DNA of 64,000 nt from positions 20,398,001-20,462,000 of the forward strand of contig NC_135250.1 in the NCBI RefSeq assembly GCF_964204865.1, read 5' to 3'. Under the pieces are notes generated by a model. The model was not told the origin of the DNA, did no database searches, and saw only the letters and a program-made list of their open reading frames with translations. The DNA is from Styela clava (taxonomy: Eukaryota). Shown here piece after piece: positions 14,274 through 25,706 of this stretch. Position 1 is the stretch's first letter. Each line of letters opens with the position of its first letter. The position numbers and the translations under genes were made by a program.

Positions 14274-14408
14274 GAAAAATCGGTGCGGAGACGACCAGAA
14301 CTAACCTAACCCAAAGTAAGAGGTTGCAAGGGCGAGAGCGTATCGAATACGACCAGACTAACCTAACCTAACGGTAAGGGCAAAATCGGTGCGAAGACGA
14401 CCAAAACT
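14274..14408. repeat. Short repeat relic with duplicated AAAATCGGTGCG..GACGACCA and CTAACCTAACC motifs
   Basis: Direct repeats visible at ~14276 and ~14382, with AACCTAACC tracts between them. Confidence 0.5.
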
Positions 14409-14671
14409 TCGGTCAAGGAATAGATTCATTGTCTTTAAAAAAGTATCACCAGAATCTTGATAAACATTTGAAAATACTTGATCTGGCCACTAACTAATTT
14501 TGCAGTTATCATTTTGCCAAACTAATAATTATTACATCCTGTTCTAGACTAAGATTTATACAACGTAACACGACTGAATTGGTAACATGGTATACATTTT
14601 TCATTTTTCAATATCCTTCTTCACATGCAAATTCTTATCAAAGAATAAACTATTAATCACGCGAATTCAGA

Positions 14672-16757
14672 TCATGACTGCTCAATGTCTGAAAACTATT
14701 TTAAAGCTATTTTTTGTTGGTGTGTAAAAGAGTTTTGTTAAAACCATGTCTGTATCAGTTTGTATAAAAACCCGATTTTTCGTTTGAAAATTTGGTGGAA
14801 GTATTTTTATTTATCTCATTTTCATTTCTCTCTCCTATTTTGTTTGAACAAAACAAGTTCTCAGATATCGAGAACATACCTTGAAATGACTTACAGGTCT
14901 TTTTGATTGACCAATCAGTATCAGTGTATCAAATATTTAATTTTAAACAAAATTGACTTTAATGCAGAATTAGTCTTGTCAAATTTCTTAAATTCATGAA
15001 ATTAAAATAATATTCAAAAATAGCAAACACGAAAACAAAGACTTTGGTTGAGATTGATATCAGCCGCCAAAGTATAGTTAATGCTTGGTTGCGCTATAAT
15101 AGTCTGGAATACTGGCCATACTGGAGAATTGTATATTTTTAAAACTATGGGACTTTCCTTTGTGGTAAGTTAAGTTTCGCTAATACTTGTGTTCGTACTA
15201 GTTTAAAAGCAGTATCAGTTGATACTTCGCCGCTGGGCACCACAATGATATTTTTCTTCCAGATATAAACATCTTTAAAAAAAATCTAACAGTTTTACTG
15301 TGTTTGAAGCTTAAAATCACTAAATAGTCCATTTTCTGTTTATAATTTACGTCGGTATCATTTGCATACCACAATGTCGGATACAACGCGAACACTGGGA
15401 ATAAGCTACCTCGGAGTTCAATTTCCTTGACCTGTTTCGACAAGAGAATAAATGATGCCGTTTATATTTTGATTAATGTGATAAATGATACATACCATCA
15501 TAAAAGAATTGTTCTTTAACTCTTTGGTCCAGAACCTTCACTGAATTTTTCCCTGCAAAGTATCTTGGATTTTTGCATGAAGATTTCACTGCCATCACAT
15601 AAAGAGCCACATTTCTAATATTCATGCTGAAAATATTAGTGTTTTTTTTTTCAATTATGATATCAGGATATTGTGGTGAATTTAGACACCAAGTAGTGAT
15701 CATACTATTCACTAGTTTTTCAGTATACGAGTATTGTGTAATAAAGTACTTTGTCAACTATACAAATCTGAGCAAATTACCTCACCAATCACCGCCAAAT
15801 ATTATTTCAGAAAATATCAAAGCTTGTAAACAATTTGATATATTTGTGCATTGTTACCTATTTATGTCTCTACTAATTTCGATTTTCATCTGTTCCAGTG
15901 CTTTGCATCTATGAAAGAAATTGTCTTGAGCAGATAACTGTAAACCTAAAACCACTTCTGGGGTAATTGTCCAGCCTCAATTAGGGTGGCGCAATTCCAT
16001 TAATCTTCCTACCGTGGCATTGATAACTGAAATCACGCCCTCGCTGTTATCGTCTCCTGTAAATGTTCTAAGGTATATTAATGTAGCTAAATTTAGACCG
16101 CGACAGTTTATGTGGGAAATATTCATATCTTTTTCTGATTTCAGACTCAGATGGCGTCACTTGTAGAGCCCTGCTTACGAGTTTATTAATAAAGATTTAA
16201 ACACTGTATAGTGATAAAATACATTTTCTCCCAAATAAATACGTTGAACAACTACTTTTCGTACAACATAAAGTGACGTTGTCGGAATTGAAAAAACATG
16301 TATATATATTTGTTTTATGACCAAATTCTACAATACGTATGTCATACTAATTGTCTGATAAGTTCGTTTTAGAAGATATTTAGTTTTGGTAATGAATAAG
16401 ATTTATTTCTATCGTTATACTTGGAATTTGAATCCGCAAGCACAATACTAAATTGATTTAATTGAAAATTTACATTGGTTCTTCGAAAGGTTAATTTATC
16501 TTATTTTCCTAAACTGATATAAAAAAAAATCTGCATCGTTAAAAAATGTTTAATCGTAGCTTCCTTAGTAACATGCTAAACACTTCCAAAATATGCTCGA
16601 ATTTTTACAAGCAATGTGTTATTTGTTAGGCTAAAGTTGTTCTAGGAAAATTCGCCGTAGGAAATTTTGCCGTAGAAATTCTCGCCGCAGGAAATCTCGC
16701 CGCAGGAATTTTCGCCGCAAAGCAAAAATCGCCGCAAGAGCATTTTGCTGTAAAACT
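14672..16757. repeat. Segmental duplicate of 17605-22808 with two internal deletions
   Basis: 14672-15405 matches 17605-18362; 15405-16140 matches 21363-22060; 16148-16470 matches 22388-22695; 16628-16757 matches 22710-22808. Confidence 0.85.
15495..16056 (-). pseudogene. Cobalamin-binding protein pseudogene fragment (exons 2-3 only), copy B
   Basis: Near-copy of 21417-21974. In-frame TGA replaces W in RHPN*GWT (~15977). Exon 1 and exons 4-8 are absent. Confidence 0.85.
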
Positions 16758-18451
16758 GCGGCGATTTTCCATGCAACGCGAGAAAATATTAATATAATGA
16801 TGTTTTCTATGAATCGATGGGCCCACGAAGTAATTCAATGGGGTAATTCCACGACACAAGGCTAATAATTGATCATAAAGCGACTTCGTTTGCATACTTT
16901 CCTTTTAATTAAAATAAAATTCACCGTTCAAGCTTTCACCGCAGTTTTATTACCTGATTCTGTGCGTGAATTGTTTGATCATAAGGGAATTTAAAATCTA
17001 CCAATCAAAATAGTTCGCTGGTAGGCCGTCTAACCTGTCTCCAGATGGGCGGTTTCACTACACGGTGAGATAAACTTCAGTATCGTACTATAGACGCAAA
17101 AACTCATTTGCACATTCCTAATGCCCAAAATACGAAAATGGAAGGCAGTTACGTTGGCTTTACTAAAATAAATCGGGATGAAAGAGAATGTGCGCAATAC
17201 CTGCATTGCTCGTATGTAACGAGGAATGAATCATTACGTCTGTCTAAACTCCAGAACCAACGTGACAAAAGTGACAAAAAGCATTCACAGGTAGGGACGT
17301 TTACATCAGTTTCTTGGCTGCCACGCGAGTAACATTTGATTAGAAAACAACAGATCGGGTTTCTGTCAGGTGAAACAAAATTTAGAAACCATCTTGATGT
17401 GACATTCGTCAGGCTGTATCAAAGACGGTTCCTAATATAAGAAACCTCGTCAAACAGTCCCAAGCCCAAGATTCCCATTGATTGTATACTAAAAAGCTTC
17501 AACCCTTTTTTGTCTCTGGTTTGTTTTGTGCATTCCACAAAAGGTCGTAAAAACATAATACAATCAAACACGTATAGTTTTTTGGAATGGCGAACAGGGG
17601 TCGAACATGAGTGTTCGATGTCTGCAAGCTATTTTAATTTCAGTAATTAGTGTGTAAAAGAGTTTTGTAAAAACCACGTCTGTATATGTTTTCATAGAAA
17701 CCCGTTTTGTCGTTTAAAAATTTTGTGGAAGTATTCCTATTTATCTCACTTTTATTTCTCTCTCCTATTTGTTTGAACAAAACAAATTTGCAGATATCGA
17801 GAACATACCATGAAATGATTTACAAGTGTTTTTTCAATCAGTGTATCGAATATATAATTTTGAACAAAATCGACTTTAATGCAGAATTAGTCTTGTCAAA
17901 TTTCTTAAATTCCTAAATTTAAAATAATATTCAAAAATAACAAACACGAAAACAAAGACGTTGGTGGAGATTGATATCATCCGCCAAAGTATGTTTAATG
18001 CTTGGCTGCGCTATTACAGTCTCATTTTTAATTGGGCCATACTGGAAAGTTGTATATTTTTAAAACTATGGGACTTTCCTTTGTGGTAAGATAAGTTTCG
18101 CTAAAACTTGTTGTTTTCGTACTAGTTTAAAAGCAGTATCAGGTGCTACTTCGCCGCTGGGCACCACAATGATATTTTTCCTCTAGAGATAAACATATTC
18201 AAAAAAACCTAACGGCTTTACTGCGGTTGAAGCTTAAAATCACTAAATAGTTCATTTTCTGTTTATATTTTACGCCGGTATCATTTGCACACCACAATGT
18301 CGGATACAACCAGAACACTGGGAATAAGCTACTTCGGAGTTTTCCTTGACCTGTTTCGACAAACATTCCATTTACCAAAATCAACTCGCTTTTAACATTG
18401 AAATGAGTATTAAAAATTCGTTAGTTTGGGCAAAACTCTGCTTCCCAAGCA

Positions 18452-18598
18452 ATCATACGTTAGACACGAAACCATGATTGCTACCTCTTCGCTAGTGTGA
18501 CCCACTTTTGCATTCGCTGCTTCATCATACGTTAGACACGAAACCATGATTGCTACCTCTTCGCTAGTGTGACCCACTTTTGCATTCGCTGCTTCATA
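18452..18598. repeat. Perfect 72-bp tandem duplication
   Basis: ATCATACGTTAGACACG... unit starts at 18452 and again at 18524. The ORF track shows the repeated peptide EAANAKVGHTSEEVAIMVSCLTYD. Confidence 0.9.
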
Positions 18599-18780
18599 GA
18601 CCAAACCACCATGCTAACAAGTAGGAATATTATTTTTATTGACATAATTTCAGGATTTTTAAAATTGCCAACAAGTATTTAAATAAAGTTGAAAAAAAAA
18701 ATAATAATAATCATGTCATTTTTTATTCAGTAAAACTTTGCAATGTGTAAGTCTTGGTTCTCATCATTATATAATTATCA

Positions 18781-21700
18781 CTACCATGTTTTCAATCTGA
18801 AAACTATCTGTTCTCCATCACTGGGAACATAACTGCTTACTCCTTTCGATAACAACTGTCCCGTGGCGCCATCTATCAGTGCCCAATATTCATGCGCCGT
18901 TGCGTTTGCTGCCACTCCTTGCATTGATGTAATATATTCTCCCCAAGTTGATGTTTGACTCACAAATCTGAATAACAAAACTACAGTTGATAATAAAGGA
19001 GAAGGCAGAGGGGAAAAAGATGATCTGAATATGAATTCAGCTTACGTTATAAGTCCGTTATCTCTAGCTATGACCATTGCACCGTATAATGTACTTCCAT
19101 TATTTACAGTCACTGTGACGTCGGCATTAGAAACATTTCCAACGATTGGTGGAGGATCGGTGAAGATTGTAAGACGTACATCGATAGGAATAGAAGGTAT
19201 CGGCTCGTTGGTGGGTGTGGCGGGAGAGCACGTTGACGGATCACTTGTGTTGCATTTCGGTTGATAGTCTGGTGGTATAGAAACTGCAACACATAGAATG
19301 TTTGTTAATAAACTAAGGCTTGTGTGCAGCGTAGGATAACTTTTTGAATATTCGATTCTGGTGAAATATAGCTAATTAGTATAATAAAAAGATACGAAAC
19401 ACATTTCTCACTCGTATTACCGCTCATTTTGTCGCAGTAAATCAAATAGCATGACAGAGTACTGTGAAACTTTATACAATGTTATCTATTACCTGGGTCT
19501 TGACATTGCCATTCGTCCATTAAATCCAAATAACTATCTCCTGCTAAAGCTGGTAGTCGTTGAGAAAATGCTCCTTCATTTTCGAGAGATCCAGGATTGA
19601 CGGCCAGACTACCCATAATATCTCTGTAAAATAATCGAAATTAGCATAGTATAGCAAATGCAATATAATACTCAACAATGTATTTAGGGTTTGTTTTATT
19701 GTTAAACGAAACTTAACTTAACAAGCTTTATGTAACCCACCGACATCTCCATGTACTTGGTTCTTCCTCATCTTCTTCCATAAGCCCCAATACCGACGAT
19801 GAAGATGAGTACTTATTTCCTATCCATACGTCGCCACTTTCAGTGATCACTTTTGACCTCAAGAAAGATACTAATTTTGCAATGGATCTTTTGATTTTTC
19901 GTGTCAAATAACAAGGTCGAACTTCAGTTTTGACACAGGAAAGAGCAAGAAGAATTTGTGCTGCATCATCTATAAAAATTGTTATAGTGAATATAAATTC
20001 GCACATAGAGGATTATTAAACAATAAAATGTTAACGACGAGAATTAATTAACGTTTGAACAATTTTCTATTACATATTGATAATAATACTCTCAAAGTGA
20101 GGGTCACTATTGACTCCATGGAATAGAATTTAGAAACTTACCGACAGAATGAACATCGCCGAAGCTTCCATCAGTATTTTGTCCTTTTAATAATTTTCCA
20201 ACAACCCAGTTCCTTGTCTTTCGCTTATTGACACACAATGCTCCCACTGCTAACCCAAACCGATAGTATCTGTCGTAAGGAATTGTTTGCGGTTTGCCTG
20301 AAAAAAAATCGTATTTTGCGTGGGTTCGTCATTTAGAAATATACATGAAAAAGAGAATTTGCAAGAGCGGCCTATTTTCAATAAAACAGGAGAGCAATGC
20401 TCAAATATATGGACAGGAAGATGCCGTAACGCTATCGGTAAGACCTCAGCTGCGCCCCGAATCGGAACGGAATGAAGTTTACCATTCACCATAAAAACTA
20501 TTCCAATGAGGTAAAATAAAATCGAATATCGATACATCAATCAGAGGGAAAAGTGTTTACTTTGCGCCCAATAAAATAGACGCGTCCATGCCTGATGTAT
20601 ATGGCGATTCATCTGCAGTTATACATTGTATGTATTTTATTTGTCTGAGGCTGTTGCCTGAAATCCACTAACTGGGGCTCATATCCTATCTTTAACGTGA
20701 AGTGTTTGGTCAACAAATTCGTCATATTCACGGAATGGGATATGCCTGAATGACGTTGGAACGCGAATTTAAAAAACATGTTGTGTACTTTTAAGAGGCG
20801 ACTACCAATTGTTTTGATCATGCGGGTGATATTCGTATCAATTTCAAGCATAAGTCAACAAGTCAGAAACTAATATTTATCAAGCGTATGTTGTTTATGG
20901 GAATATGATCACTCTCGCCTCCTGTTGCTCGAAGCACTCACAACCGAGACAGATCAAGATTTAAAAAATCAACTTTATTCTCGCGTAAATTGTGAATGCT
21001 AATCCTTTTCAACAAATGTTATCGGTTTTCCCCGGTTGAGGTTACACCATTTAGAATAATAGTGCGTCATCGACACACGTTCAAATATTTTTCACTGGAT
21101 TGAATCATTTGTTTTCCCCATAAATTCGTAATGCTGCGAAAAAACAGCAGTTCAAACAATTCACGCATGTTATGTTTGATTTCCATCATGTATCTGAAAC
21201 TAATTTAGTAGGGTATTCACAGATCCAATGGTTTTTTTAATTCCCATTAAGCTTTTTAGTCCTATTTTTCACGTGATTCGATCACACGTAATCTTTGGGT
21301 TATAGAAAAAAAAATTTCCATTCAACATTTAAAAAAAATGATATTGTTTAGAAATTTTTGTCCAAGAGATAAGAAGATGCCGATTAGATTTTGATAAGTG
21401 TAATCGATTATACTCACCATCATAAGAGAATTGTTTTTTAACTCTTTGATTCAGAACCTTCACTAAATTTTTTCCAGCAAAGGATCTTGGATTTTTGCAT
21501 GAAGATTTCACTGCCATCACATATAGAGCCAACTTTCCAATATTCATGCTGAAAATATTAGTGTTTTTTTAAAATATCATATCATGATAATGTGGTTAAT
21601 TCAGGCACCAAGTAGTGATCAAAATATTCACTAGTTTTCTAGAATACGAGTATTGTGTAATAATGTCATTTGTCAAACATTCAAATCTGAGCAAATCACC

Positions 21701-22210
21701 TCACCAATCACTGCCAAATATTATTTCAGAAAATATCAAATCTTGTAAACAATTTATATATTTGTGCATCGTTACCTATTTATGTCGTTATTAATTTCGA
21801 TCTCCATCTGTTCCAGCGCTTTGCATCTACCAAAGAAGTTGTCTTGAGCAGATAACTGTAAACTTAAAACCACTTCTGGTGTATTTGTCCAGCCCCAATT
21901 AGGGTGGCGCAATTCCATTAATCTATCTACCGTGGCATTGATAACTGAAATCACGTCCTCGCTGTTATCGTCTCCTGTAAATAATTCAAGGTATATTAAT
22001 GTAATTAAATTTGGACAGCGACAGTTTATGAAGGAAAAATTCATATATTTTTTCAATTTACATACGTCCCATATAAAAAAAAACTTAGCCAGAAGTAACT
22101 TAATAACTCAATTAAATTGTCTTACCGCATGTTTCATATGTGGATTCTTCCTCGCTTACTACAAACCCCAACAGCATACAAACAAAAAATATTTCCCTGA
22201 ACATCTTCAT
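18781..22210 (-). CDS. Transcobalamin/intrinsic factor-like cobalamin-binding protein, copy C (8 exons, intact)
   Basis: Signal MKMFREIFFVCMLLGFVVS (22126-22210). Exons at about 21776-21974, 21417-21549, 20142-20297, 19741-19969, 19493-19623, 19045-19283 and 18781-18967, all GT-AG and in phase. Motifs NIGKLALY, YYRFGLAVGALC, HSVDDAAQ, IGNKYSS, SQRLPALAGDSYL and a DUF4430-type beta domain WGEYITSMQG..HEYW..KGVSSYVPSDGEQIVF. Confidence 0.92.
20385..20588 (-). mobile_element. HINE-like element copy in intron 3 of cobalamin-binder C
   Basis: AACAGGAGAGCAATGCTCAAATATATGGACA... and terminal CGCGTCCA. Confidence 0.55.
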
Positions 22211-22259
22211 CTTTGTAGTAGATTTAAGGTTAAAATGATTCCGTGATTCGACAGCATTG

Positions 22260-22267
22260 TTATATAC
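22260..22267 (-). promoter_or_regulatory. Putative TATA box of cobalamin-binder C
   Basis: GTATATAA on - strand about 50 nt upstream of the ATG. The AT-rich background makes this weak. Confidence 0.35.
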
Positions 22268-22720
22268 CGGGTGCCTTGTTTGTCAGATTCGACGAAAGTA
22301 CCACAAGTATTGTTGTTTATGAGATTGGTCGAGGTGATTTTCCAACTTGTTCAAACAATGGGTAGATGATTCCAAACGTGAGTTGAACAGATGGCGTCAT
22401 TTGTAGAGCCCTGGTTACGAGTTTATTGATAAAGATTTTACCACTGTAATATATACATTTTCTCCCAAATAAATTCACTCAACAACCATTTTCTGAACAA
22501 CATATAGTGACGTTCGCGGAATTGAAAAATTATGTATATTTGTTTCATGACCAAATTCTACAATGCGTATGTCATAACAATTGTCTGATAAGTTTGTTTT
22601 AGAAGATATTTAGTTTTGGTAATGAATAAGATTTATTTCAATCGTTATACTTGGAATTTGAATCCGCAAGCACAATACTAAATTGATTTAGTTGAAAGGC
22701 TAAACATTAGGCTATAAAGT

Positions 22721-23012
22721 GGTTCTAGGAAAATTCGCCGTAGGAAATTTCACCACATAGGAAAGATCGCCGCATGAAAAATCGCCGCAAGAGAATTTTG
22801 CTGTAAAACAAATATTTGTGATAAAAACAGTTAGATTTTTGAAGTACCTTTTTATTTAAAAAAGATTCGTTATCTAAGAGCATACCTAACCCTATAAACC
22901 TAACATTTTTTTTTCATAAATACTTGTTTACAGCAAAATGCTCTTGCGGCGATTCTTCATGCAGCGAATTTCCTATGCGGCGAAATATACTGCGGTGAAT
23001 TTTCCGGACACG
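22721..23012. mobile_element. Foldback/Mutator-like MITE with repeat-bearing TIRs
   Basis: Arms of ~110 bp made of GGAAAATTCGCCGCA-like units are inverted relative to each other. Flanked by GGCT(AT)AAAGT and GGCTAAAGT; the duplicate at 16629 has GGCTAAAGT on the left, giving a 9-bp TSD. Confidence 0.65.
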
Positions 23013-23836
23013 GGCTAAAGTAACTTGAAGAGTCCTATTATAAAAAAGGCAATATGCCGACTATTGCTAAATTCGATATGATGGACAACTTTCTTCTGAT
23101 TCATAATGCCTTCTTTTAAATTTTTTCCCCCGTATTTTCCAGGTCGACGTTCTAACCAGTGTTTCAAATGAATATCATGATGTATTTGCTGCCTGTATAA
23201 TATAGCTCAGTGTTTTCCAACGTATGGCTCGGACGCCTGAAAATTTTCCTGTGTTGCCTGTTTTTTCAACAATAACTAGAAAGTTACTGAGGATATTTTT
23301 TTTTAGATTTTGAGTTTGATATTAAAGTGCTGCTCAATAGTGTCACAGCGTAACAACTTGAGATTGCGCTCGTGATATTCTATTCTGGCTCATCAATGCA
23401 AAGTTAACCTTACTCGTACTTGTGTTCTTGCGTTAATTTTTGCAGAACGATTAGTACGGCGTATGCTACTAAGTCTGTTTGACAGAATTAGTTACTATTG
23501 CAACGTTTGTCATTGTGATGACAGGATGTTCATATATTTTGGAGATTTGCATATGGCGCCAAGATTTATCCCCTCATACAGGATAGGATAACAGAAACAT
23601 ATTACATGTTAAAGTTTTGATGAATATTTAGACACCATGTGAAGGATTTCTAGCACATATGGGTACATGCACAAAGGAGAGTTGGTAGAAAATTGTTAGC
23701 AAATGTGTCAACCAGATATCATTGAAATAAACTGCAATTTCAACCTTTATTTTAACAACAGTTTTTGAATAAAAGTAGCGAAAAAGTGTAAAATTCTACT
23801 TGAAATCTTAAATAGTGTAAAAATTATACTCTAACT

Positions 23837-24495
23837 CAGGGGTCTTCAACAAGCGGCCCGTCAGTCAATTTTTGCGGCCCACGTCATGGTTGGGATTTTT
23901 CCACAAAAAAAATAAAATAGTACGATGTCAACTAATAGTAGGTTTTAGCGTGTCATTTATCATCAAGAGTCCGGTCCGACAAACTGTAAAAAGTGAAGCA
24001 AAATTCCCCCTTGTCCACGTCCATGTTTTATTATATATATCGTTATAATGCAATTTTAAATGGGATAATTTCATTTCGCATGTTTATTGTGACGAAATAA
24101 ACGAGTTTCGATCAGTCCATTGTGCCCGGAGAAAGGTTTGCAAAGATAATTGCACATTCACTTCTCATATCTGGGGTTTTTGGCAGTTGTTATATTTGCG
24201 AGCAATTTTTTCGACTATGCAAGTTAGCAAATCAGCCCTCCGCACACGACTACTAACGGACGAGCATTTGCATGTTGTTTCAACACTAGCACACCAACGC
24301 AAAATAAGGCCAAACATCGAGACCAAATATCCAACACAAGTGAATGAATATGCTTCATGTCTCGTTTGCTGTGAGATTCAAGTGTAATTCAACACAATAC
24401 ATTCAGATACCCATGTTTGTACTTAATTTCTTGGTTTGCGGCCCGAGTGGTCAATAAATTTCAAAAAGTGGCCCGCGACATGTTTGGAGTTGGAG
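23837..24495 (+). mobile_element. hAT (Charlie/SPIN-like) deletion derivative with transposase C-terminal relic
   Basis: CAGGGGTCTTCAAC terminus and GCGGCCC subterminal motifs at both ends. Frameshifted FGSCYICEQFF/STMQVSKSALRTRLLTDEHL resembles the hAT dimerisation region. Confidence 0.8.
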
Positions 24496-25706
24496 TGCTT
24501 TAACTTATATTACATATGTGTAAATGATGTGTTTACCAAGCAAAACTAAGTTAGTCATTATCATACGTCTCAGGTCTCATGACATACATCTGACGTTATT
24601 GGGAATGAGTCGTTTCACGAGATGCAGAATAATACAATATGAGAACTGACGTCATTCGCCGCTAGTCAGCAAGAGCAAAACTTTGAACCCCAATGCGTCA
24701 ATCATTCAACTTCAGTATCGTGAATGATTTCATAACACCGGGGTAATCATGGTGCATATTGGATACGTTCATGTAACACCCTCGGAACAACAAACACAGA
24801 TCAATTTATTATTTGAGTTTATCCTCAACGCAGTTTAAAAAATAGCGACTAACACAGAATATAACACAGTAACAGTCAAACTGAAAAATGCTTATTGCTT
24901 AGTTAGAATACCAATGTAAAATGCGCAACAACTGAATTTAAAATAGTGAAATAATAATTCAGAATTGTGTTCTCAAATCGAAAAGTTTGCATCCAACTAG
25001 CATTTCACTTTATAATTTTAATTTGGTCAATGCAAAAAATGCGTTTATCTTCATCCACACCCAGAAAAGATTATTGATCAGCTAGTTTGATCACTATATT
25101 AGGGAGTTAAGTATCATATTTGATGGATATTTGGCAAAACGATTTAAAGTTCAAATTTTAATTGATTAATCTTATTACAATTAATCACTATTACTCAAAT
25201 ATGCGAATAATAGTTACCAATGTACTGTTCAATCAATCGTTATCAAATATCTATTTCAACATAATGTATAATATAAGTTCAAATGTATTTTATATTTACA
25301 TTCACCAAGCAGTTCAAAAGTAAATAATAAATTCACAACACAGGTATGGCAGGTTTTAGAAAAAAAATTACAGCAATGAATATCTTCAACACCGTGTTTG
25401 ACACATTTCATCATAGCTTTTGTCTATGCAGATGCCAAATTCGTAAAGTTAAAAAAAAACTTTGCTCAAAGCAGAACTGTAGCTTTCTGTATGATATGGG
25501 AGCAAGTTTCATTTCCTCGGAGATGGTGTGTGTTGTCCTTCTCTAACCAAACTCCATAAGAATGCTCACTCGCGATATGAAAATTTCAGCATGTTGAAAA
25601 AACGAATAATAAAAGATGACAATTACAAAAAGTCTAATGTAGATAAAGAACAGTGGAATATGGGGACTGGTATCTTGAAACAGTGCGGTTTGTGTATTTC
25701 GATAAT

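Noticed and set aside
16628-16757. Repeat arrays here and at 8873-9005 as CRISPR-like or repeat-protein ORFs
   Set aside because: Eukaryotic context, no unique spacers and no cas genes. The arrays are transposon subterminal repeats.
19715-19745. Apparent premature TAA and odd donor in cobalamin-binder C exon 5 (and the equivalent in copy A at ~12350-12376)
   Set aside because: Canonical phase-2 donors exist earlier (TGT CG|GTGGGT; TGC AA|GTTCGT), giving WRCRDIM and WKCKDVM. The stop is intronic.
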